DNA from: Mogibacterium sp.
Lineage (GTDB): Bacteria; Bacillota; Clostridia; Peptostreptococcales; Anaerovoracaceae
Length of the DNA: 64,000 nt
Assembly: GCA_017404265.1 (NCBI GenBank)
Contig: JAFRCS010000006.1
Span: 125,502 to 189,501, forward strand
Direction of reading: 5' to 3'
The notes under the pieces were generated by a model. It was not told the DNA's origin. It made no database searches and saw only the letters and a program-made list of their open reading frames with translations. This document shows positions 1-12,076 of the stretch, piece by piece. The number at the start of each line of letters is the position of its first letter. Within the stretch, counting starts at the first letter, position 1. The translations under genes were made by a program, and so were the position numbers.

Positions 1-333
1 CCTATAGCCGCAGGCCTCGCCACGTTCTTCGCGTTCAGCATGAACAGCGCGATGACCATGCAGCAGCCGGGAGCAAATCCGGGACAGCAGAAGGCAATGA
101 ACGCGATCATGAAATACTTCTTCCCGCTGAGCATCCTCTGGCTCGCAAGATCGTATCCGGCAGGACTCGCGATCTACTGGGCCGGCGGTCAGTTCATGCA
201 GATCTTCTTTAACCTCAGGATCAATAAGATCAGAGAAGAAATGAAAGTTGAGAAAGAAAAGAAGAAACTGCAAGAGAGAGCCGAGAAGGAGCTTGCAAGG
301 AAGAAGAGAGCAAGAATGAAAGGAAGTTATTAA
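1..333 (+). CDS. yidC: Membrane protein insertase YidC/Oxa1, C-terminal fragment (5' end lies outside the window)
   Basis: The frame is open from nt 1. The tail ...YPAGLAIYWAGGQFMQIFFNLRINK followed by a Lys/Arg-rich C-terminus is typical of Gram-positive YidC. It sits immediately upstream of jag, as in the conserved yidC-jag pair. Confidence 0.8.
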   Translation, partial: PIAAGLATFFAFSMNSAMTMQQPGANPGQQKAMNAIMKYFFPLSILWLARSYPAGLAIYWAGGQFMQIFFNLRINKIREEMKVEKEKKKLQERAEKELARKKRARMKGSY

Positions 334-336
334 TAG

Positions 337-1206
337 ATGAGATCTTCAGAAAAATGGGGAGTCGATGTAGAGACTGCAGTGGATCTCGCGCTTAAAGAAC
401 TCAGGATCAGCAGGGACGAAGCAGAGATAGAAGTCCTTGAGGAATCCTCCAATGGATTCCTTGGTATCGGTTCCAAACTGGCAAGAGTAAGAGTGACGGC
501 CAAGGAAGCTGAACCGCAGACAAGAGAGAAAGCTACATTCGACGACATAGACGCGATCCTCGCAGGGCTGCCGGAGAATTCGGCGCAGAAACTGCCTGAC
601 GAGGTCAGAGCGGAATACGACAAGTTCGAAGCAGAAGAAAGGGAAGACGCAAGAGCAAGAGAAAAAGCCCGCAGCAAAGAGAAGAGCCGCAGCAAATCGA
701 AAAAGAGATACAGCCTGTCGCTTGAAGACACTATGCTGTATGAAGTCAAGAAGCTGGATCCCGCAGTGGATCATCCGCTTGAAAAGTTCCTCAGGGACAT
801 CGCGGAGCAGATGGGCGTCGACCTCGACTTCAGTGTGAAAGCCGGCGATGAGCTGGTATTTGTAGAGATCACCGGCAAGGACACCGGAACCATAATCGGC
901 AAGAGGGGATCAACCCTCGACGCAGTCCAGTGCCTCGCAAGCTACGTGGTCAACAAGGACTCCGACAAGTACATCAGGGTCATCCTCGATGCGGAGAACT
1001 ACAGAGCCAAGAGAGAAAAGACACTCGTCAACCTTGCTAACCGCCTGGCGGGCAAGGTCGAGAGGACAGGAAGACCGACGACACTCGAGCCAATGAATCC
1101 TTACGAAAGAAAGGTGATACACTGCACGCTGCAGAACCACCCGAGCGTAAAGACAAGGAGCGAGGGCAAGGATCCTTACCGCAAGGTCATAATCGAAACC
1201 AAGTAA
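337..1206 (+). CDS. jag: Jag/KhpB RNA-binding protein (Jag_N, KH and R3H domains)
   Basis: The C-terminal sequence MNPYERKVIHCTLQNHPSVKTRSEGKDPYRKVII is R3H-like. A KH-like GKDTGTIIGKRGSTLDAVQ is present. Its position directly after yidC fits the conserved pair. Confidence 0.8.
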   Translation: MRSSEKWGVDVETAVDLALKELRISRDEAEIEVLEESSNGFLGIGSKLARVRVTAKEAEPQTREKATFDDIDAILAGLPENSAQKLPDEVRAEYDKFEAEEREDARAREKARSKEKSRSKSKKRYSLSLEDTMLYEVKKLDPAVDHPLEKFLRDIAEQMGVDLDFSVKAGDELVFVEITGKDTGTIIGKRGSTLDAVQCLASYVVNKDSDKYIRVILDAENYRAKREKTLVNLANRLAGKVERTGRPTTLEPMNPYERKVIHCTLQNHPSVKTRSEGKDPYRKVIIETK

Positions 1207-1218
1207 ATATTGCAAATG

Positions 1219-1250
1219 AAAAGAGCGTTCCTTCCGGAACGCTCTTTTAT
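1219..1250. terminator. Bidirectional rho-independent terminator between convergent genes
   Basis: Perfect 11-bp stem aagagcgttcc/ggaacgctctt with a 4-nt loop, an A-run upstream and a T-run downstream. It lies between jag (+) and the 1260..1715 gene (-). Confidence 0.65.
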
Positions 1251-1259
1251 TGCTTAAGC

Positions 1260-1715
1260 TTAATTTCCGCTCGAGTCCGCCGGTGCGTCTGCCGATGTAA
1301 ACGTCTTTGACACAACGACCTCATCGCCCCATGTATAGTTGACGACTGTGGTTATGCCCGTGATGCCGGACGCGTCTTCTATGCTCTTCGCGATGCCGCC
1401 GAATGTGCCGCCCGCCGAGTCAAGCGCGCTCTGGAGCGCGGCCTGGATCTCCTCGCTATGAGCGAGTTCCTCTGTATAACCCTCCATCGTGGAAAGGTCG
1501 AATGTATAGATGATGGCGTTTTCCTTGATTTCAACAAGAACGTTGGAATCGTTCATGGCGCTGTCGATAGCGTTCTGTACTTCCGCGTCATCCTTGACGT
1601 ACTTCTCCAGTGTCATAGGTTCTTCAGGTGTGCTGCCGCCACCGCCGCAAGAGGCCATGATCATGGTCATGCCTACCAGCATGGCAAGAAGAACGAGTAA
1701 TATCCTCTTTTTCAT
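1260..1715 (-). CDS. Putative lipoprotein, function unknown
   Basis: Signal peptide with a lipobox, MKKRILLVLLAMLVGMTMIMASCGGGG. No other motif recognised. Confidence 0.6.
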   Translation of the reverse strand: MKKRILLVLLAMLVGMTMIMASCGGGGSTPEEPMTLEKYVKDDAEVQNAIDSAMNDSNVLVEIKENAIIYTFDLSTMEGYTEELAHSEEIQAALQSALDSAGGTFGGIAKSIEDASGITGITTVVNYTWGDEVVVSKTFTSADAPADSSGN

Positions 1716-1732
1716 TAGTGGTCCCTCCTTTT

Positions 1733-2272
1733 TTAGTTACCGCCTGAGCCGCTGGCCATTCCGCCAAATAGGCTGTTGAGCAGACCGCCGCTTTCTTCTT
1801 CATCATCGCTGCCGCTGTTGAGGCTGTTGCTCTTATAGCCGCTGTCATCAGTGTCAGTGGTGGTGCTGCCATTGTTATCGTATGTACTGTTGCTGTTGCT
1901 GTCTTTATCGTTGTTGCCGTAGCGCTTCTTAGCTTCCTCTGCCTCCTTCAGAGCAGCTTCAAGCTCCTTCTCAGCCTTTGTCTGCACCTTGTCGACGTCC
2001 TTTACGAAGTCGCTGATGATCTCATAGACTTCCTTGCGGGTCTTCGCGGTCTCAAGATCTTTCTTTGCTTCATCGATGTAGCCCTGGATGATGCTCTGCT
2101 CGGCAGTGTCATAATCCGAGACATCCACGTTTTCTACAGCCTTGAGCGCGTCGCGCGAAGCCATCTTGCCGTCAAGTATCCTGTAGCCATAAGCTCCGCC
2201 TACAGCTGAAGCGATCATGAGAATAAGCACAAGCAGAAACTTTGCTCCAAATCCGCCCTTTTTGTTGTTCAT
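1733..2272 (-). CDS. Membrane-anchored hypothetical protein with coiled-coil and Ser/Asn/Asp-rich tail
   Basis: One N-terminal TM helix (FLLVLILMIASAVGGAYGY), followed by low-complexity sequence. Only 17 nt separate it from the lipoprotein gene on the same strand. Confidence 0.5.
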   Translation of the reverse strand: MNNKKGGFGAKFLLVLILMIASAVGGAYGYRILDGKMASRDALKAVENVDVSDYDTAEQSIIQGYIDEAKKDLETAKTRKEVYEIISDFVKDVDKVQTKAEKELEAALKEAEEAKKRYGNNDKDSNSNSTYDNNGSTTTDTDDSGYKSNSLNSGSDDEEESGGLLNSLFGGMASGSGGN

Positions 2273-2355
2273 AGTTTTTTCTCCGAATTAATCAAATGAT
2301 TGAAAATAATGTATCAGATGTGAAAAGTATACCATATTATCAGGCATATTCGCTT

Positions 2356-3564
2356 CTAATATTTATCCACGCGCGTCACGGAGCCTTCTTCTATACGGAA
2401 CAGGGTGCCGCCGCGAAGATCTCTGATGACCTCATCGTTCAGCTCGGCCGATGTGATGAAGAGCTGCACGTCGTCTATCTCGCTCACCAGGAACTTCTGC
2501 CTGTCGAGGTCGAGCTCCGAGAGCACGTCGTCCAGAAGAAGCACCGGCGGTTCATCAAGCATCTGCCTGGCTATCCTTATCTCCGCCAGCTTTAGCGAAA
2601 GAGCTATCGTTCTCTGCTGTCCCTGCGAGCCGTACTTTCTGGCATCCTTCCCGTTGATATAAAACTCTATGTCATCACGGTGCGGGCCGATGCTGGCATA
2701 GCCGTTATATATGTCGCGGTCACGGTTGTGGTATATCTGGCTGAAGAGTATCTCGCGCCCTTCAGGCCCTGTCACGAAGTCGCAGGTCGTCTTGTATTCT
2801 ATCTTAAGATCTTCCCTGCCGCCTGATATCTTGTGCATTATCTCGCCGGCCTCGCTGCTCAGCATCTCGACGAATTCCTTGCGGAACCTGATGATCTCGT
2901 AACCCGAATCAGCCAGCTGGCGGTCGTAGATGTCCATCATCTCCTCATTGAACCTGCGGCTGTTGTCGTACGGACTGCGCTCATCTGCTGCCGCGCCGCT
3001 TTGCAGATCGTTTAGACTTAGGTTGTCAGCGCGGGTGAAGGTCTTTTTCTTTACATTGAAGTAGCCCTTGAGCAGCGCGTTCTTCTCTCTGAGAGCCTCG
3101 TTATAGCGCTTTAAAGCGTCATAGTACATCGGTCTCATCTGCGAGAGTTCGCGGTTGATGAAGTTGCGTCGCCTGTCCGGGCTGTCCTTTATGATGCGAA
3201 GGTCGTCCGGAGAGAAGATGATGACCACGACGTTGTTGAGAAGCTCGGTGGTCTTGCGTATAACCTTGCCGTCCTTCTTTATCATCTTCTTGCCGTCGGA
3301 TCTCAGAACTATGTTGATGTTCTTGTCGATATCTTCCGAAGTGATATACGTGCTTACCCTGCCCTGGGACTCGCCAAAGCTTATGAGGTCCGCCGAATTG
3401 GACGTGCGGAAAGACTTGGCGAAAGCGGTCAGGTAGATCGCCTCGATGAGATTGGTCTTGCCCTGGGCGTTCTCGCCCACGATAATATTGCGGCTGTCGT
3501 CAAAGTCGAGCTCGAGGCGTTTATAGTTTCTGAAGTTTTCCAAAATGATGCTGTTTATCTTCAT
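2356..3564 (-). CDS. recF: DNA replication/repair protein RecF
   Basis: MKINSIILENFRNYKRLELDF...GENAQGKTNLIEAIY (Walker A) and ...PVLLLDDVLSELD (Walker B). The track ORF extends to 3879, but the RecF homology starts at the ATG at 3564 (reverse complement of cat at 3562..3564). Confidence 0.9.
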   Translation of the reverse strand: MKINSIILENFRNYKRLELDFDDSRNIIVGENAQGKTNLIEAIYLTAFAKSFRTSNSADLISFGESQGRVSTYITSEDIDKNINIVLRSDGKKMIKKDGKVIRKTTELLNNVVVIIFSPDDLRIIKDSPDRRRNFINRELSQMRPMYYDALKRYNEALREKNALLKGYFNVKKKTFTRADNLSLNDLQSGAAADERSPYDNSRRFNEEMMDIYDRQLADSGYEIIRFRKEFVEMLSSEAGEIMHKISGGREDLKIEYKTTCDFVTGPEGREILFSQIYHNRDRDIYNGYASIGPHRDDIEFYINGKDARKYGSQGQQRTIALSLKLAEIRIARQMLDEPPVLLLDDVLSELDLDRQKFLVSEIDDVQLFITSAELNDEVIRDLRGGTLFRIEEGSVTRVDKY

Positions 3565-3781
3565 GCGTCTATTATTACACAGTTTTGACGCGCAAAATAG
3601 ACTTTTTAAAACGCATTTCTGACAGTTTTTTAAGCTGTTTTTGAACGCTAAAAAACAATGCATTTTTTGCAAACCTTGAAGAACAGCAATTGCAAGGCTT
3701 TCGGGAGTTTGATGTAGGATTTGGGGCGAATATTTGCGATTTAAGGGATTTTTTCGAAAATACAAGATATTGTGGTAAAAC

Positions 3782-3810
3782 TTGCAATAAAATCGCTTAT
3801 ATGGTAAAAT
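3782..3810 (+). promoter_or_regulatory. Putative sigma-A promoter for gyrBA
   Basis: TTGCAA (3782..3787), 17-nt spacer, TAAAAT (3805..3810), with an extended -10 TGg immediately upstream. It lies about 105 nt upstream of the gyrB ATG. Confidence 0.45.
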
Positions 3811-3851
3811 ACGGGCGAACACACAAGAGGGATACAATGCCCGTTTTTTAA

Positions 3852-5840
<1,989 letters not shown>

Positions 5841-5852
5841 TAAGGAGAGAAG

Positions 5853-8366
5853 ATGGCAAATCTACTCGACAACAGCAACATAATCGAGCACGAAATATAC
5901 GACGAGATGAAAAACTCGTACATCGACTACGCGATGAGCGTAATCGTAGGACGTGCTCTTCCGGACGTGCGCGACGGACTCAAGCCGGTACACAGAAGGA
6001 TACTGTACGGCATGCACTCCCTCGGCATCACACCGGACAAACCGCATAAGAAGTCGGCGCGTATCGTCGGCGAGGTAATGGGTAAATACCACCCGCACGG
6101 AGACTCCTCCATCTACGACGCAATGGTCAAGATGGCTCAGGACTTCTCGACACGCTATCCGCTCGTTGACGGACACGGAAACTTCGGTTCGGTCGACGGC
6201 GACGGAGCAGCTGCATCGAGATATACCGAGGCAAGGATGTCGCCATTCTCGCTGCAGATGGTACGCGACATCGAAAAAGACACCGTCGATTTCGTGGACA
6301 ACTACGACGGCGAGGAACAGGAACCTGCGGTACTTCCGTCCAGAGTTCCTAACCTGCTGATCAACGGATCCAACGGTATCGCGGTCGGCATGGCCACGTC
6401 GATCCCGCCTCACAATCTGGGCGAGACCATCGACGCATGCGTCAAGCTGATAGACGAGCCTGAAGCTTCGATCGCCGACCTGGCCCGCATCATCAAGGGA
6501 CCGGACTTCCCGACGGGAGCAATCATCCTCGGCAAGCATGCGGCCCGCGAGGCCTACATGACAGGCCAGGGCAAGGTCAATGTCAGATCCGTCTGCGAGA
6601 TCGAAGAGGACAAGAAGGGACGCATGCGCATAATCGTCAGCGAGATCCCGTTCCAGGTCAACAAGGCCAGACTCATTGAGTCGATGGCCGACCTCGTAAA
6701 GGAAAAGAAGGTAGAGGGCATCTCGGCGATCCGCGACGAGTCGAACCGCGAGGGCACGCGCATAGTCATAGAGCTCAAGAAAGACACAAACCCTAACGTC
6801 ATCCTCAACAGGCTCTATAAGCACACTGCCCTTCAGACTTCTTTCAGCATGATAATGCTGGCGCTGGTGGACGGCGAGCCTAAGATCCTCAACCTGAAGC
6901 AGATACTCGAGGAGTACCTGAAGCATCAGAAGATAGTAGTCACAAGAAGGACGCGCTTCGACCTCGCCAAGGCAGAGGCCAGAGCCCACATCTTAGAGGG
7001 ACTCATCATAGCGCTCGACAATATCGACGAAGTCATCGCGACCATCCGCTCGGCATACAACGATGCCAAGGAAAAGCTGATGATAAGATTCGGACTCTCC
7101 GAGATCCAGGCACAGGCCATACTCGACATGAGGCTTGCCAAGCTGCAGGGACTTGAGCGCGAGAAGATCGAGAACGAGTACAACGAGCTTCTCAAGAAGA
7201 TCGCGTACTACAAGAGCCTGCTGGCAGATGAGCACAAGCTGATGGGAGTCATCAAGGATGAACTTCTGGAGATCAAGGACAAGTGGGGAGATCCGCGCCG
7301 CACCAAGATCGTCGCTGACGAGGGCGAGCTTGATGAAGAGGCTCTGATAGATGAAGAGGATGTCGCGATCACGCTGACACACCTCGGATACGTCAAGAGA
7401 GTCCCGGCCGACACCTACAAGGCTCAGCGCCGCGGAGGCAAGGGCATAGTCGGGCTGACGACTCGTGAGAGCGACTTTGTACGCGACCTCATAATCACCA
7501 GCACGCACGACTACCTGATGTTCTTCACCGACATGGGACGCGTCTATAAGATCAAGGCTTACGAGATTCCGGAAGCAAGCAGGACAGCCAAGGGCACACC
7601 TGTCATCAACTTCCTCAACCTCAACAGCACAGAGCGTGTGACGGCCATGATTCCTGTCAGAGAGTTCAAGGCCAATGAGTGCCTCGTGATGGTAACCAAG
7701 CAGGGAACCATCAAGAAGACTCCGATGACCGAGTTTGACACCAACCGCAAGGCCGGCCTCATTGCCATCACGCTCAAGGAAGGCGACAAGCTTATAAGCG
7801 TAGCGCTTGCAAGCGGCAAGGAGAACGTGCTGGTAGTCACCAAGCAGGGCAAGGCGATCGCCTTCAGTGAAGACGACGTCAGACCTATGGGCCGTAACGC
7901 CGGCGGAGTCAGGGCGATACTCCTGGAGAAGGGCGATGAAGTCGTTTCCATGGAACTCGACATCGATCAGACCCGCAAGATGCTGGTCATCACAGAAAAC
8001 GGATTCGGAAAGCGTACGCCGCTCGATGAGTACAGACTACAGGCCAGAGGCGGCAAGGGAGTCGCGACATACGACAAGACTAAGTTCAGCAAGACAGGAC
8101 TGCTTGTAGGAGCTACCCTTGTGAGCGAAGACGACGAGGTCATGGTGATCAACTCCAACGGAGTCATCATAAGGATCCGGGCCGACGAAGTCAGTACGCT
8201 TGGCCGCACCACGCAGGGCGTCAAGATCATGAAGGTCGAGAAGGGCAACCGCATCGTATCCTTCGCGAAGGTAGTCGATGAGGACTCAGCCCAGAAGCCA
8301 AGCACAGACGCGCCAAAGGACCCTAACGTAGGAGCCGACGGCAACGAGCAGCTGACACTGGTGTAA
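5853..8366 (+). CDS. gyrA: DNA gyrase subunit A
   Basis: [27 protein letters not shown], the QRDR-type [16 protein letters not shown], the active-site region [10 protein letters not shown], and C-terminal beta-pinwheel repeats. Confidence 0.97.
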   Translation: MANLLDNSNIIEHEIYDEMKNSYIDYAMSVIVGRALPDVRDGLKPVHRRILYGMHSLGITPDKPHKKSARIVGEVMGKYHPHGDSSIYDAMVKMAQDFSTRYPLVDGHGNFGSVDGDGAAASRYTEARMSPFSLQMVRDIEKDTVDFVDNYDGEEQEPAVLPSRVPNLLINGSNGIAVGMATSIPPHNLGETIDACVKLIDEPEASIADLARIIKGPDFPTGAIILGKHAAREAYMTGQGKVNVRSVCEIEEDKKGRMRIIVSEIPFQVNKARLIESMADLVKEKKVEGISAIRDESNREGTRIVIELKKDTNPNVILNRLYKHTALQTSFSMIMLALVDGEPKILNLKQILEEYLKHQKIVVTRRTRFDLAKAEARAHILEGLIIALDNIDEVIATIRSAYNDAKEKLMIRFGLSEIQAQAILDMRLAKLQGLEREKIENEYNELLKKIAYYKSLLADEHKLMGVIKDELLEIKDKWGDPRRTKIVADEGELDEEALIDEEDVAITLTHLGYVKRVPADTYKAQRRGGKGIVGLTTRESDFVRDLIITSTHDYLMFFTDMGRVYKIKAYEIPEASRTAKGTPVINFLNLNSTERVTAMIPVREFKANECLVMVTKQGTIKKTPMTEFDTNRKAGLIAITLKEGDKLISVALASGKENVLVVTKQGKAIAFSEDDVRPMGRNAGGVRAILLEKGDEVVSMELDIDQTRKMLVITENGFGKRTPLDEYRLQARGGKGVATYDKTKFSKTGLLVGATLVSEDDEVMVINSNGVIIRIRADEVSTLGRTTQGVKIMKVEKGNRIVSFAKVVDEDSAQKPSTDAPKDPNVGADGNEQLTLV

Positions 8367-8387
8367 AGGAATAAGAAAAAGAGTAAA

Positions 8388-8417
8388 AGCTTCGGCTGAA
8401 AAGCCGGAGCTTTTTTC
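8388..8417 (+). terminator. Rho-independent terminator after gyrA
   Basis: Stem agcttcggc/gccggagct (one G-U pair), 6-nt loop, then TTTTTT. Confidence 0.65.
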
Positions 8418-8488
8418 TTATTTCAGGTGGATCCAGTATGGTAATATGAGCAATGAGGAGTGAAAGGCTGTTGTAACGCATTAAAGCA

Positions 8489-9697
8489 ATGAAGAAGAAT
8501 AATATCGGGCTTTTATTAATAGTTGCGCTGCTGATCGCGTTAGCTGCGGTTTCCTTTGGAATTGCCCGTTCGAACAAAGCGAAAACAGAAGGGCAGAAGA
8601 AGCAGACTGCGGAAGCGGTAACTGAGCAGACGGAGCAGCAGGCAGAGGAAGAGACAGGCCCTCTTGCAACAGTTTTCTTTGCCTCGGATTACCAGCCTGA
8701 AGCGGGCTTCGATAAACCGGCAGACACATTGAGAGCTTTGCTCAAGACAGCAAAGACGGAAGGCAAGACCATAGACAGGATAGTCATCTGCGGCGACTAT
8801 ACGAATGACAGAGTTCTGCATGATTACCAGCTGAGCCCGGATGAGTCCATCGAAGAGATACGCGGGATAGCAAAGGAAGAGTTCTCGGGAATGAGCGATG
8901 ATGACATGATCTTTGTGCAGGGCAATCACGACAGACTGACTGAACAGATAACAGAAAGCGGTCTGCATGATGAAGGCGACTACCTGATTTACGTACTCAA
9001 TACCGAAGAGGATTTTCCATGGAAGCAGGGAAAGAAATCCGGTTGTTTGGCAAAGGTCACGAAGTCATCAGAGGCCATGAAAGAATGCTTTGATGATTTG
9101 ATACGGAAAGGGGAGACAAGGCCGGTCATCATAGCAGGACATGTACCACTGCACTTTACCGCAAGGACTTCTTCAAAACATTCGACAGGAGACAATTTGT
9201 ATTCATCGCTCATCTTCGATGTGGTGAATGAAGCAGCAGGGTCGCTGGACATAGTCTATATGTATGGGCACAACCATTCAAAGGGATGGGACTGCTACAT
9301 GGGAGGAAGCAGTGTCTTCAAGACAGCCGGCGATACCATTCTCATACCGTCATTCAACGAATACAAGATAGATACGGACACGTACTCGGAGGAAACACTC
9401 CGCTTCACTTATCTCAATGCGGGCTACACCGGATATTATATGAACTGTGCGGCTTCGCAATACGATGAGGGCGATCCGGACAAATATGCGGCTGCCGACA
9501 TGACACTTACGGGAACGGTCCTGCAGATCTATACAGACAAAATGATAATTACGAGATATGATGCAAACGGTCCGCATGTGCTTGGACATGCAGGCGCAGG
9601 TGATCCATACAAGGGAGGCATAGATAAAGACCTAATATCTGAGGATAATTACAGCAGGGAGACTCAGAGCCCGCAGGAGATCAGGAGGAGTTTCTGA
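8489..9697 (+). CDS. Membrane-anchored calcineurin-like metallophosphoesterase
   Basis: N-terminal TM anchor, then the ordered metallophosphoesterase motifs ASD, ICGDY, VQGNHD, AGHVPLH and YGHNH. Confidence 0.75.
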   Translation: MKKNNIGLLLIVALLIALAAVSFGIARSNKAKTEGQKKQTAEAVTEQTEQQAEEETGPLATVFFASDYQPEAGFDKPADTLRALLKTAKTEGKTIDRIVICGDYTNDRVLHDYQLSPDESIEEIRGIAKEEFSGMSDDDMIFVQGNHDRLTEQITESGLHDEGDYLIYVLNTEEDFPWKQGKKSGCLAKVTKSSEAMKECFDDLIRKGETRPVIIAGHVPLHFTARTSSKHSTGDNLYSSLIFDVVNEAAGSLDIVYMYGHNHSKGWDCYMGGSSVFKTAGDTILIPSFNEYKIDTDTYSEETLRFTYLNAGYTGYYMNCAASQYDEGDPDKYAAADMTLTGTVLQIYTDKMIITRYDANGPHVLGHAGAGDPYKGGIDKDLISEDNYSRETQSPQEIRRSF

Positions 9698-9804
9698 TTG
9701 CGGCAATGGGAGTAATATAGTAAAGTTGAAACAGGGTGCTGCTCAGGCAGTAACGAGGACAGGAGGTTATTAGTTAAAATTTGAGGTTATTGAAAGGAAA
9801 TGTA

Positions 9805-10887
9805 ATGAAGATGACGCTAAAGAAACTACTTGCACTGATAACCGTTATGGCCATGGTACTGTCACTTGCAGCATGCGGCGGCGGAAGCGGAGGCGGATCA
9901 AGTGAAGCTCCGGCAGAAGCGAACGCAGGTGTTGCAGAAATCGTATTCAGCGTGCCTGAAGCATGGACATGCAATAGTGCAACATTAGGAGATTATGTAT
10001 CGTATAAGACAGAGTCGGGTCTGGACTTTGGAGTTTCAGTATTTGATGAAGAGGATCTGGAAAACAGCAAGCAGTGGGATCCTGAACAAACAGCAGAAAA
10101 CATTCAGGAATACTTTGAACAGTCAAATACCAAACAGACAGACGAGGAACTGAAGGAGAGAGGCACCGAGCGAACCAAGGTTACGGTATGCGGCGTAGAC
10201 GGATACCAGTATGCAGGAAGCTCAGACAACGGCGTAGTGGGATTGAGCACATCCTTCCTCTATAATGGCAAGTCTTACCTGACATTCCTTGACAAACAGG
10301 ACGTATATGACGACGAAGGCAAAGTGAAGAAAGATGCCCCTGCAATCAGCGCTGATGATATGAAAGCATATGAGAGCATCCTCGCAAGCATCCAGAGCGG
10401 AGACGGCGATGCCATGCTGAAAGGATCTCTTACAGCTGATTCAATAGGATCGATCGCATTTGAAGTTCCGGAAGGTTACTCCGTAACATCCGTATCCGAT
10501 ACCTATATCACGCTCGCCAAGGATGGCAGTGAGGTCACAATAAACTGCAATCTGATTACTGAAGATGAACTCAAATGGTACGAGGATGAGAACGGAAACC
10601 ATCCTGAATCGCTCGAGGCAGAGTACAAGAACAGGACAGAGTACATGGGGGATGAAGATAAGGCGACTATCGCAGGCTTTGACGGATATAAAAACTGCTA
10701 TCCGTTTGAGGATGATAAGTACTATTACACAAGCGCGATGTTCCTCGGAAATGACGGCATCTATGATTTCGACATGAGCACCCCTGCGTGGGATGCAGAC
10801 GGCAACATCAAGGAAGGCGCAGTAGAACTGACAGAGGCTGACCGTGAAGTGTTCGATAACTTCGTTGCTTCACTGAAGGCAAAGTAA
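9805..10887 (+). CDS. Putative lipoprotein, function unknown
   Basis: MKMTLKKLLALITVMAMVLSLAACGGGSGGG contains a lipobox. The track ORF starts at a TTG at 9781. The ATG at 9805 is preceded by aaaggaaa and is the likelier start. Confidence 0.6.
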   Translation: MKMTLKKLLALITVMAMVLSLAACGGGSGGGSSEAPAEANAGVAEIVFSVPEAWTCNSATLGDYVSYKTESGLDFGVSVFDEEDLENSKQWDPEQTAENIQEYFEQSNTKQTDEELKERGTERTKVTVCGVDGYQYAGSSDNGVVGLSTSFLYNGKSYLTFLDKQDVYDDEGKVKKDAPAISADDMKAYESILASIQSGDGDAMLKGSLTADSIGSIAFEVPEGYSVTSVSDTYITLAKDGSEVTINCNLITEDELKWYEDENGNHPESLEAEYKNRTEYMGDEDKATIAGFDGYKNCYPFEDDKYYYTSAMFLGNDGIYDFDMSTPAWDADGNIKEGAVELTEADREVFDNFVASLKAK

Positions 10888-10920
10888 ACACAGGTAAAAC
10901 CAAAACAAAAGGCAGGAATC

Positions 10921-11979
10921 ATGAAGACATTACTGACAGGCGGAGCAGGGTATATAGGATCACACACCGCTGTGGCGATGCTTGAGGCAGGCCACGAAGT
11001 CGCTGTTGTGGACAATTACGTCAACAGCTCGGCAGAGGCGATATCGCGGGTAGAAAAGATCACCGGAAAGAAGGTATCGCTTTACGAGGCAGATGTTGCC
11101 GACAAAGAGAGCATGATGGAGATCCTCAGTGCTGAGATGCCTGACTGCATAATCCACTTTGCGGGACTCAAGGCAGTTGGCGAATCGGTGGCGATGCCGG
11201 TGGAATACTACAGGAATAATATAGACACGACGCTGACTCTTCTTGAATGCATGAGAGAGCTGGGACTTTCAAATATAGTATTCTCCAGTTCCGCTACCGT
11301 ATATGGAGAAGACCATATCCCTCCGTTCACTGAGGATGCGACAAAGGGCATGTGCACCAATCCGTATGGCTGGACCAAGTGGATGCAGGAGCAGATGCTG
11401 ACAGACGCGCAGTTCTCAAGCGAGGCTTCGGACGGAAGCGCCAACACAGCCAACGGCTGGAAGACTCCTCTGTCGGTAGTGCTTCTGAGATACTTCAACC
11501 CGGTCGGCGCTCATGAAAGCGGCCTGATAGGAGAAGACCCTCAGGGTATCCCTAACAATCTGATGCCTTACATCTCACAGGTAGCGGTCGGCAGACGTGA
11601 TCACCTGACAGTTTTCGGAAATGATTACGATACACCGGACGGCACCTGCCGCAGAGACTATATCCACGTGATGGATCTTGCGGAAGGACATGTGAAGGCA
11701 GCGGAATACGCCGTCACGCACAAGGGCACGGAAGTGTTCAATCTGGGTACGGGCTCGCCTTACAGCGTGCTCGAGATGGTGGATGCTTTCAGCCGCGCGT
11801 GCGGGCACGCTGTAGCCTATGAAATAGGCGCCCGCCGAGCCGGCGACGTACAGGACAGCTGGGCAGACGCCTCAAAGGCAAAGGCTGTGCTCGGCTGGGA
11901 GGCGAGCCGCGGCATCGATGAGATCTGCCGCGACGCCTGGAACTGGCAGAGCCACAACCCGCAAGGCTATCAGGAATAG
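10921..11979 (+). CDS. galE: UDP-glucose 4-epimerase
   Basis: MKTLLTGGAGYIGSHT (Rossmann GxxGxxG), SSSATVYG, a catalytic YxxxK region (NPYGWTKW), and LRYFNPVGAHESG, typical of GalE. Confidence 0.9.
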   Translation: MKTLLTGGAGYIGSHTAVAMLEAGHEVAVVDNYVNSSAEAISRVEKITGKKVSLYEADVADKESMMEILSAEMPDCIIHFAGLKAVGESVAMPVEYYRNNIDTTLTLLECMRELGLSNIVFSSSATVYGEDHIPPFTEDATKGMCTNPYGWTKWMQEQMLTDAQFSSEASDGSANTANGWKTPLSVVLLRYFNPVGAHESGLIGEDPQGIPNNLMPYISQVAVGRRDHLTVFGNDYDTPDGTCRRDYIHVMDLAEGHVKAAEYAVTHKGTEVFNLGTGSPYSVLEMVDAFSRACGHAVAYEIGARRAGDVQDSWADASKAKAVLGWEASRGIDEICRDAWNWQSHNPQGYQE

Positions 11980-12076
11980 TAACAAAGAGCTTTTCCAAGA
12001 ACAATTAGAGGTTTAAACATCTAAAGCACATAAAAAGTATTGTGAGTAACAACTAGAAATTGGAAAGGAGGGGTCC